NCBI GenBank assembly: GCA_965233585.1 | Contig: CBDDTI010000336.1 | Location: 1-10,293 of the forward strand | DNA: 10,293 nucleotides | Source of the DNA: a bacterium | GTDB lineage: Bacteria; SAR324; NAC60-12 | Direction of reading: 5' to 3' | In this document: piece after piece, positions 1 to 8,206 of the stretch | Layout of the letters: each line of letters opens with the position of its first letter | How positions within the stretch are numbered: position 1 is the stretch's first letter | Notes under the pieces: model-generated | Told to the model about the DNA's origin: nothing | What the model saw: the letters and a program-made list of their open reading frames with translations, nothing else | Database searches by the model: none | Position numbers and translations under genes: made by a program

Positions 1-293
1 GCTTCTTCGCCTAACCGCTGACCGTTCCTTAAAGCTGACAATCAGAGGCATGCCTCAAGAGAACTTGAATAACATCATCCTTTTTCCTGCCTTTTACCCC
101 CAGTACAAGTTCCCTTACTGCACCTCGAAGATCCTTAATTTTCATATGAGGGAGGTGCTCCTTTGTTTTCAAATTTAGCTGGTATTTGACACATGTCGAA
201 CAAACAGCCTGCGGAGGAGAGTCGACTTTTAAGGTTAGCGAATTTTTTTTTCCGCTAAAGTAGGAAGCCAATTGTTGAGATGTCAAATAATAC
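1..293 (-). pseudogene. Decayed coding exon with a SAP-domain-like motif, probably transposon-associated
   Basis: ORF 29..286 ends LPHMKIKDLRGAVRELVLGVKGRKKDDVIQVLLRH, similar to the SAP pattern (L..lkv.eL+..l+..gl...G.K.dLi.rL). A splice acceptor (TTGTAG|G) precedes it at about 294. The frame continues QL*GTVSG*AKK to the window edge with two stops, each one C>T change from Gln. Confidence 0.4.
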
Positions 294-1080
294 CTACAAT
301 ACCTACAAAGCTGTTAATCTTGCTTGGCAGCGTAATTTTGAGATTTTAGTCGCTTTGTTGCACGAAAAGAGTAATCTGCATAAATTATCCAATAAACACA
401 AGATGTGGTATTTGAAAAATACCACATAATTCATCTGATAAAAATCTGACTTAAAACCTCGATAAACACAATTTATAGAAAACAAACAAAAGATCTAGCT
501 TAAAACTAGTGCAATGATATCATTTCGAAAAAAGATAGCGGTGAACAAAAAGCACACAAAAATGCAAATTTCTCATAGGTGTACCATGCAAATAGCTTGC
601 CGTGCAAAAACGGATGGATTGCCCGCGGAGTTTTAAACATCAAAAGATCCGCAAAGGATGAAATATGCCTATATATTGTCATTTTTGATATAAATCGGAA
701 TACCAGTTGGAAAAAAATTTGATCAAACATGTTGTATTTTCAGCTTTGTCTAAAAACGTTTCCCCCCCTTTTCAATGACAATCCCCAGGTGCCGTCAGGG
801 GGGTCCTCGTGAAAAAGTGATACAAGTTTTATTGAGACGAAAAGTGATGCTTTGCTATGATACAAACAGATTTTTAAATAGTTGTATGTTCTTTGAAATA
901 TTTAGATAGCAAAATTCCAATTTTATGGAAAAGAACGGGGAAAAATATTGCATTTTTAGGCCTGAACTTCCCCCCCTGGTGCTCAATGCAGGTTTGCATT
1001 AGAAACCAAACAAATGCCACAGCAAGTAGTTTCATACCAAGGTTTAACTGCACACAAAGTATGAAGGAAAGTTTTTGATG

Positions 1081-1107
1081 ACCATTTCCAATTTTGCTCA
1101 AGCCTTA
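1081..1107 (-). mobile_element. Possible DNA transposon terminus (TAA|GGCTTGAGCAAAATTGG...)
   Basis: Minus strand reads TAA then GGC, matching the TWA target and GG terminus of PIF/Harbinger or Zator elements. No partner TIR in the window. Confidence 0.25.
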
Positions 1108-1513
1108 GCGACATTCGTTCTTAAGTCCAGGCAGCTGCTTTAAATCCACAATCTGTATTCAACTTGAAAGCGCACCGATATCCGATCGTCTTGTTTTCGC
1201 CGCGGTTGAAGGATGGCAAAATTATTCACCAGTCGTGAGAAAGATTTGAGGACTCCGTTGACCTTGATCTTCCATTGAGAAACCACCTAAACATCGATTT
1301 ATGTTTTTCCCTTCTATGTTAAGTGCCAAAGAAGTTATTCTCCGTAGCAGGAATGAAACCAAGAACCTGAAAGTTTGTGGATTTTCCCAGCAACGCAACA
1401 TGTTACCCGAAGAAGCACATTGATTGGCCACAACTATCACGAACTGTCCACGTGCTGAACAGATTCTACTGAACAGATTGGCTCAAAGCATCATGTATTG
1501 TGTCGTCACGATC

Positions 1514-1536
1514 TACATTACATTACATTACATTAC
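1514..1536. repeat. (TACAT)n microsatellite
   Basis: TACATTACATTACATTACATTAC, 4.6 units. Confidence 0.9.
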
Positions 1537-1595
1537 TCTACACTTTTGAGCGTTTCTGAGATTTTTTTCGGGTATACATATCTTCTCGCGGCTCT

Positions 1596-1656
1596 ATAAT
1601 CTGCCACCTCGTCAGGCCTTCTGGTCTTCCAGAAGGCCTGACTCGTTGGCAATTAT
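1596..1656. repeat. Inverted repeat/hairpin, likely a mobile-element terminus
   Basis: GTCAGGCCTTCTGG (1611-1624) and CCAGAAGGCCTGAC (1629-1642) form a perfect 14-bp stem with a TCTT loop. Outer pairs are TGCCA/TGGCA and ATAAT/ATTAT. An (ATC/ATT)n tract follows. Confidence 0.85.
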
Positions 1657-1766
1657 CATCATCATCATTATTATTATGCAGCAATAAAAACTATCTGTAT
1701 GCTATACAGTTAAATTTACGCTTAAATAAGCTAAATGTCCAAAGTTCTTTACGGCACGAAAAATCG

Positions 1767-2084
1767 CCTTTACCGTGCATGAAATGTGTTAAAGGTTTTG
1801 TAAAGGCCACCTTTGCACGAATTTGATGACTTTTGACGCGAATCAAAGATCATCTTTGAAAGCGCCTTTGCCACCCAGATCAAAGGAGGTAAAGGCCCGT
1901 TTTTACTCACCTGTTAACGCCTGTGAATTGCTTATCAAAGGTGTTCCTTTGGTACACCTTTGCTTGCTGTCAAAAGCGGGTCAAAGATTTAAGTAAATTT
2001 GTCTGCGATTCAAGTCAAAGGCTTGCCAAAGGCGTGGTCGAAGATACCTGTGACGCAGGCGAAAGGTTTGTCAAAGGTGCTTTG
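1767..2084. repeat. Array of about 17 NAAAGG/CCTTTN-type motifs in both orientations
   Basis: Copies start at 1767, 1790, 1801, 1810, 1844, 1853, 1865, 1881, 1890, 1936, 1946, 1957, 1982, 2016, 2027, 2061, 2072 (plus a weaker one at 2079). Confidence 0.7.
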
Positions 2085-2119
2085 CGCGTTCCGCGCTCGC
2101 ATGCACGTTTCGCCCTTCA

Positions 2120-2180
2120 TCCGGACAGATCTTGGATCACTGATCCTGGTCCAGATCACCCCAAAGAAATGCAACCTTAA
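2120..2180 (-). mobile_element. Single terminus of a GATC-rich MITE (Harbinger-like)
   Basis: Minus strand TTAAGGTTGCATTTCTTTGGGGTGATCTGGACCAGGATCAGTGATCCAAGATCTG: TAA followed by GG, with repeated GATC. It resembles a cnidarian MITE end I recall. The partner end is absent. Confidence 0.4.
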
Positions 2181-2464
2181 TAATTTATCTTAACTGAAAA
2201 TGCCTGCAAATGGGAAACTTGTCATTTCAATATTTAACTGGCAAATATTAATACAGTGAGAAATTTGCATGCACGGAAGTGGAACCCCAAAGCTAATGTT
2301 TGAGAGTGACGTTTTTCTTTTGTATTGTTCAGTTTTGCAAATGTCACAGGGTACAGGCTGTAGGTGCATTTGATCACCTGGTGTGACAGTAAGGCGAGCA
2401 TGTGAAAACCATTCTCAGCCCAAGAGAAACGTGAAAATGTGAAATGTCTGGCAGGCTGCTAAAT

Positions 2465-2492
2465 GGGGGGGGGGGGGGGTGGGGGTGGGTGG
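2465..2492 (+). repeat. Poly-G tract
   Basis: G15-T-G5-T-G3-T-G2. Confidence 0.85.
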
Positions 2493-2960
2493 TGAAGTCA
2501 TTTATTAACATTGATGAACAAACAGTCAGCATCATCATAATTTTAACTGTGGCAACAAACAGAGCTTTCTTTCCAATAGAATGGCAACTAAAGACAAAAG
2601 CAGAAACTCCAATATCCACAGATTAATTTCAGAGCCAACAACTCTTTACATGGTATAATAATTAAGCCAGGTTAAGAAGGATTGTAATGCATGCACATGG
2701 CTGACTAAGTTTTTCCTTCACAGTCACTGCAACTTTCCTTTAATTTACATACGATTTCTTTCAAGGGATCTAGGGTATTATTCCGGGAATTATTCAAGCT
2801 CAGAAAAGAGCACAACAAATTATAAGCAGATAGAGTTTACGCTTCAACTTGTATTAAGCTTTGTTTAATTTTTAAAGCACTGATTAGCAAGATTTTACTG
2901 AGTGTATAAAAAACGTCTTTATCATCTTTTGTAACTAAATATGAGTGAATTGAAAATAAT

Positions 2961-3945
2961 CGAACGGCCTTATTGATGGTTTGGCTTGGATCAATGCATA
3001 TTCGGAGTTTCCCATTTGGCTTTTCTTTCACCAGGATGTTTGAGAACCAGTCTGTGGTTTGTGTGACTGGTGTTATGATGCCCTCGTTAGAGAGTCTCTC
3101 TAACTCTTCATTTACTCTGCCCAGCTTCGCCACAGGGACTTGGCGCACTTGGGCGTGTACTGGCCTGACATTGGGGTCCAGTTCGATGTGCATGGGGGTT
3201 CCTAGAGGACTTCCACGCCCTGGCCTGAATACGTCCGCGTAGCACTGTAATACATCGTTTTTCGTCAGCTTTCCTAGTGGTGGAGTTGGTTGCGGGTTGC
3301 GCGGAATTTCTTCTTCAAGTGCGTTTGCCGTCTCGTCAGCGTATACCCTCAAGTAATTTAGAGCTTGTGCATCTCTTCCACTGAGAAGCGCTGGCTTACC
3401 ATCTGGAACGTTTACCACAAGGAAATCTATGGTGTGAATCCTGCCCCTTCTCTCCCAGCACAAGGTCACCTGGCCTTCAGGACGCATAGTTTCACCTCCA
3501 TACGTGTTTATCTTGCTTCTAGTCCGACGAATTTCTGCGTTAGGAAATAGCTTTCTCAGGAGACTGCTTGGAATGGTATTGCAAGTGGATGCAGAGTCGA
3601 TCTGCGCTTTCACGACTTTTGTTTTCTCTCCATGTATTAGGTGCAGATTGGCAAAATATTTTCTTGCAAACTGTGGGGTTGTATCGCACTCCGTAACAAA
3701 GGCTTCCTCGTTTGTGTCTTCAGAGATAAAATTGGATTGATGCTGTCGAGCTTGCCGCCGTGTTCCACCCCTGCAGACGCGCGCGAAGTGGCCAATGATG
3801 CCGCATTTTGCACATTTTTTTCCTATTGCAGGGCAATGTTGCTGACGGGGCTGTTGATGTTTCACACCACACCAAAAGCACTGTGACAACTGGGGCGATT
3901 TGGTTGTGTAGTTGACCTGCTCCTGCTGTGTGTTTCTGGCTGTTT
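2961..3945 (-). pseudogene. pol: Gag C-terminus (zinc knuckles), protease and truncated reverse transcriptase
   Basis: CFWCGVKHQQPRQQHC-PA and CAKCGIIGHFARVC knuckles; protease AQIDSASTCN and LLSGRDAQAL; RT start GIITPVTQTTDWFSNILVKEKPNGKLRICIDP. The last about 40 residues of ORF 2837..3889 are read-through into flank. Confidence 0.9.
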
Positions 3946-4533
3946 CATTAGCTGATTCGCGAACGTGGTTGCCTCAAATGTTTTGGCGACTTCGACCACT
4001 TCGCGTAGTCTGACCTTTTCTTGAGTGGTTTTATGCCTGTGCCCTTTCCCGATTAACTTCACTCGCAGGGCATCTGATGTTAGGCCGGCGATAAATTGGT
4101 CCCTCATGAGTTCGTCCGCAAAGTCTTGGTATTCGCATTGTGCCGCTTGATTTCGTATTTTCGTCTCCCATGACGCGATCGACTCATTTTCTTGTTGCAG
4201 TAGGCGAAGGAACTTTTGTCGTTCCCCTGAGACTCCAACACTAGCGCCATAATATTCTCTTAACGCACTGACAACACTGTGAGGCTTCTTCAAATCGGCT
4301 TCGCTTAAACCCAGACTGTATTTGTACACCGTTCTAGCCGCAGGAGACAAAGATGCCCTGAGGCATGCCATGGCTTTGTCCGGCTTGGTCCACTTGGCTT
4401 CGTCGGTTTCTTTCGATGTATCGTACCAATTTTGCATTATGCAGTAATCTATCAAATCCTCGATGTAAGTCTCAAGATCATGCTTTTCGTCTCCCGTTGT
4501 TTTAAATTCCGGGAACGGTGTGTTTGAAGCCAT
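3862..4533 (-). pseudogene. gag: Retrotransposon Gag, frameshifted near 3944
   Basis: ERQKFLRLLQQENESIASWETKIRNQAAQCEYQDFADELMRDQFIAGL is a typical Mag-type gag core. The ATG lies about 27 nt downstream of the PBS. Confidence 0.88.
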
Positions 4534-4560
4534 CTTGAACTGTCTTGGTTTAAACCGCCG

Positions 4561-4575
4561 CCACCGTTGCCACCG
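4561..4575 (-). promoter_or_regulatory. Primer binding site, degenerate tRNA-Leu type
   Basis: Minus strand CGGTGGCAACGGTGG directly follows the LTR end (..AACA). It matches 13/15 to TGGTGGCAGCGGTGG, the complement of the metazoan tRNA-Leu(AAG/TAG) 3' end plus CCA. Confidence 0.75.
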
Positions 4576-4739
4576 TGTTATTTACTCAGTTTGTAGCATG
4601 GAAGAACTGAACGTTTTAATTCAAATAAATCCTAATTTATACAAAATGTGCGGTGATTGTGCTGTATGCTAATTCCTAGTTGTGCGTGCTGTGGGATGGG
4701 TGCTGGTGCGAAGGTGTGACATATTTACATTGTGTAACA
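4576..4739 (-). repeat. 5' LTR (164 bp)
   Basis: Bounded by TGTTA...TAACA and abuts the PBS. In element orientation it contains TATAAAT (4641-4635) followed by ATTAAA (4620-4615). No second copy in the window. Confidence 0.75.
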
Positions 4740-4807
4740 AAGCAAAAGATAAATTAGAGCTGTCGGGTATTAAAACAAGCGCTACATAAAAGCGGTACTG
4801 ATGATTT

Positions 4808-5149
4808 GCTAATACCCTGTTTGAGAAGCAGGTGGGGATGGCACCGTCTCTGGATCCATTGCCCTTTACAGTAATACCCGAAGCCCACTGTGCTAGTGGC
4901 GTCGATAAATAGTTCAATATCTATGGAGTGGGTGACTGTTGTGTCCAGGTAAAAGGAACGCCCGTTCCACCCGGTAAGGAATAGCGAGCACATATTATGG
5001 ACCTTAAAAAAAATCCTTATTAAGACGAATATGGTGAAAGCGACTGGGAAACCCCATGTAAAGTTTATAATTCGTTGTAAAAACGTCCGCCACGGGACTA
5101 CCACCCTACAGGCAATTTGGAGGGTGCCTGTGAAGGATTGCAATTCAAC
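4808..5149 (-). pseudogene. DIRS1/Ngaro-type retrotransposon fragment: RT C-terminal region and RNase H start
   Basis: VELQSFTGTLQIACRVVVPWRTFLQRIINFT / PSRFHHIRLNKDFF (adjacent frame) / FLTGWNGRSFYLD...ELFIDATSTVGFGYYCKGQW fits the DIRS-group pattern LQSLIG.L.FAC.VV.PGR.FL.R...WNG.S...LFTDAS...GFG. The first RNase H Asp codon is at 4901-4903. Confidence 0.85.
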
Positions 5150-5506
5150 TGGTTAAGTGGTATCTGGTTGGTTTGTTGCCAAGACCTTTTCACTTCCTTT
5201 TCTTTTCTTCATTGATTGTTTGAGGTCAAAATTGTCTACCGGCGGTAGACATGGATGCTACACAAAGTACGTTCGCAAACCATTGTGGCAGGTTTGTAAT
5301 GTTCATGGATCGTCTTCTTTGCCTTTGTTTTATTTTGTCGTCTGCCTCATTTCTAGAAACAAGTGCCTGAGAAGCTGGGGTGCTTCTTGCTTAGAAATTG
5401 CATCGCGATTAATCTTTTGCCGTATTTTCCGTCGAGACAAGACTGCAAACAGTTTACTGATATACTTGAACTCTTTTGGAGTGTCTAGAAACCATGTTGT
5501 CCTTAA

Positions 5507-6022
5507 AGTGGTACTGTGATCAATTTTTAGCCCTTGATTTTTTAAGGTGTATCACATAGAATTTTGCATGAGTTCCGGAGATATTTAAATTTGCATAATT
5601 GGTAAAATATGCGAATGAAATGACTGATAACGCCATATACTCAGCCCAATATTATAATAAGTACATAAATAGAGCTATCTTTGCTAATTTGCAGCGCATA
5701 CTATTGAAACTTGGTATGCCATGGTAACAAAACTGTTGAGCTCGTATTATGAAGCACACTTAATAGAATCTTACTGCTAAGAATCGAATATTTCGAGTAC
5801 ACATTGGCTGAGATATCTCTTTTCATCATATTTAATAAAAATTTGGTCGAGTGTATACCATCATCGCTGGTGTGATTTGCATGTTTTAAAAGCTTGAATC
5901 TCTCTGGAACGAAAATAGATATTTGAATATAATAAACAGCATTCTTCCTCTCAGTCAAACTACTTGTTTATGTTTTAAAATGCCTTGGATAGGAAAGGTG
6001 ATATTTTCGTCATAGTACCCCT
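5507..6022. mobile_element. Non-autonomous TIR element with TTAA target duplication (Kolobok-like)
   Basis: TTAA at 5503-5506 and 6023-6026. Termini AGTGGTACTGTGAT versus reverse complement AGGGGTACTATGAC (11/14). AG...CT ends. Imperfect internal inverted repeat at 5609-5649 and 5843-5882. Confidence 0.8.
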
Positions 6023-6437
6023 TTAAAAATGACCAGATCGTCATCTCTGTAGCTAAAGTAGACGCTTGACTTTTTTAGGTAAGGATACCTGTTTGGCTTT
6101 CTTTCACGACGCTTGTTTACTTTTTCTCGGCAGGAACTGTCGTTGGGCTTTTTTTCTCTCCTCTCTGCAATTTTGCTTTTTTTTGTTTGTTTTTTGTTTT
6201 TTTCTGTCTTCAATGCGTCCTTTTTGGAGTGTGAGCGCTTTCCTCAAATTTTCTAAAATGTTAATTTCAACTCAAAAAATTTGCAGAAATTCATTACCTG
6301 TAACATTGTTAATTTCCAAGTTGATATTTTCGTAGCACGGGTTCCAAAATTTTGCTCCCGACTCACGTCAGCAATATCCCTTCACGCACAACTGCAATTC
6401 CACGCTTAATGCCCTCTCTTCGATAGCCAATCAGACT

Positions 6438-6693
6438 TCATTTCACGTCTCGTTCCTGTCACGGGTAAAGATGAACTCAATAAAATGGTTTGCTCCCAAC
6501 ATTTGCGTCTTCATAGCTCAGTCGATAAAGCATTGCAGCGCTAACGCAGAGCCCATGGGTTCGAATCCTGTTGAAGCGCTTAAAAAGTTTTTTTCGGGCT
6601 AAAATTTGCAATTGCTTAAATTGCAAGTACAACTGCGATGATCGCATCTCCTTTTCATCTGTATTTCCGCAGTTCAAATCAACCTCATTTCAC
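6438..6693 (+). mobile_element. tRNA-derived SINE-like repeat
   Basis: A box TAGCTCAGTCG (6514-6524), B box GGTTCGAATCC (6558-6568), acceptor-like CTTCA/TGAAG pairing. Bounded by the direct repeat TCATTTCAC (6438-6446 and 6685-6693). Confidence 0.75.
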
Positions 6694-6889
6694 ATTATGT
6701 CAGTATATACTAAAGCAGTAGATAGCGTTAAAGGCGCGCTCTGATCGGCTAATCAAACTCCGAATACTCTTTGCTATTTACTTCCAAGCTTCTCTGGAGA
6801 AAAATGACATCTTGGTTTAAAAATTAACGAAGAACCAGTCCATTAAAACACAAAAGAGCGACTAAGTTTTGGTTTTGCCGTGTTTAAAG

Positions 6890-7313
<424 letters not shown>

Positions 7314-7367
7314 TTTTAAATTCATGCAGAGAGAGTTTCCAACTCCATTTGAAGAAATGTCGCCACC

Positions 7368-7865
7368 GCAGTTGTCTGTTTCGTAAACGGTCGATGTCAT
7401 TTTTGTGACACTTTTTTAATTTTTTAACTGTCAACAAATTTTTTTCTCTACTAAATTAAAGAAAAAAAGTAAGCTGTTTAAATAACCACCCAGTATCGAA
7501 CCCCGATCCTCTTACACCACTACAATTACAGGTTGTTCCACCAAATCTCCGAATAATTTAATTATAAAACGTGACTTTCTTAAATATTAATGATAGAGTT
7601 GCCCCAACTGACAATCAAAAGCTAACCGCAAGCAAACCAATGTGAATATAAACAATTAAGCATTTGTTTGTCTGTTTGTTTGTTTTTGTTTGTTTGTTTG
7701 TTTTTTTTTGGTTTCTTTGTTTTGTTTTTCTATTTGTATTCAATCAACAAATTATAACCAGTCTCTACCTTGTCCAGCGCTAAAGTAAAGTAGACATAGC
7801 ATCGTCCATTCTGAAAGGCTTGGTTACCAATAATGGCATCGCCCGTTTACGAAACGGAAATCAGC
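7368..7865. mobile_element. 498-bp MITE with 38-bp TIRs and a 9-bp TSD (Mutator/MULE-like), nested in the Crypton gene
   Basis: TIRs at 7368-7405 and 7828-7865 match 31/38. TSD GTCGCCACC (7359-7367) and GTCGCTACC (7866-7874). Removal restores EEMSPPELN in frame. Confidence 0.88.
7663..7729. repeat. (TTTG)n microsatellite
   Basis: TTTGTTTGTCTGTTTGTTTG... inside the MITE. Confidence 0.85.
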
Positions 7866-8014
7866 GTCGCTACCAGAACTAAATCTGTCAGCAAGAAAAC
7901 GAGACGGCAGTTTTTACACCAAAACATCCATTACCGCGATCGGAGCCGCGCTGGATCGTCACTTGAGAAGTCCTTCATTTTCCAAGCCATTTTCTATTAT
8001 TGGAGATAGTCAAT

Positions 8015-8206
8015 AGGCCACATTCGATATATCAATATTCTAACATGGCTCCGAGGCTCTCTGGTCAAACTTCTATATTTGGTGTTGTTTTCTTTGTATC
8101 TACGTCTCTTTTCGGAATTGAAGGACAAAAGAAACTTGAAACATTTGCAATTTTGACCCGAAAGCCTCGGAGCTATGCTTGAATATTGATATATCGAACG
8201 CGGCCC
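8015..8206. mobile_element. 192-bp MITE with long TIRs and a probable AT TSD (ISL2EU-like), nested in the Crypton gene
   Basis: 8012-8069 matches the reverse complement of 8152-8209 at 50/58. AT at 8013-8014 and 8207-8208. Removal gives GDS-CAA-TTA-AAC-AAC, in frame with downstream LHKKPL. Confidence 0.88.

Larger units (their letters stand above)
2961..4739 (-). mobile_element. 3'-truncated Ty3/Gypsy LTR retrotransposon (Mag-like)
   Basis: Order LTR (4739-4576), PBS, gag, two zinc knuckles, aspartic protease, RT N-terminus. Similarity ends after KLRICIDPSQTINKAVR at about 2961, where AT-rich unrelated sequence begins. Confidence 0.93.

Noticed and set aside
303..1440. Short ORFs 303..485, 506..730, 874..1101, 893..1078 and 1222..1440
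   Set aside because: Short, mostly non-ATG starts, no motifs; consistent with chance ORFs in repeat DNA.
1455..1479. CTGAACAGATT direct repeat (1455-1465, 1469-1479)
   Set aside because: A short local duplication with no evidence of function.
1611..1642. Rho-independent terminator
   Set aside because: There is no U tract and the sequence is eukaryotic.
1767..2084. CRISPR-like array
   Set aside because: The repeats are about 6 bp, in mixed orientation and irregularly spaced. The context is eukaryotic with no cas genes.
1923..2193. Two overlapping ORFs over the AAAGG array
   Set aside because: They span a motif array and a MITE end; the peptides merely reflect the repeat.
2973..3886. Plus-strand ORFs 2973..3242, 3365..3550, 3504..3740 and 3641..3886
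   Set aside because: Antisense shadows of the Gypsy gag-pol with no recognisable motifs.
6010..6335. Lys-rich and Phe-rich ORFs
   Set aside because: They arise from T-rich low-complexity DNA, and one runs into the TTAA element's TIR.
6507..6578. Functional tRNA gene
   Set aside because: The D loop lacks GG, the anticodon arm has only a 3-bp stem with a 9-nt loop, and the acceptor stem is incomplete. Treated as a tRNA-derived repeat.
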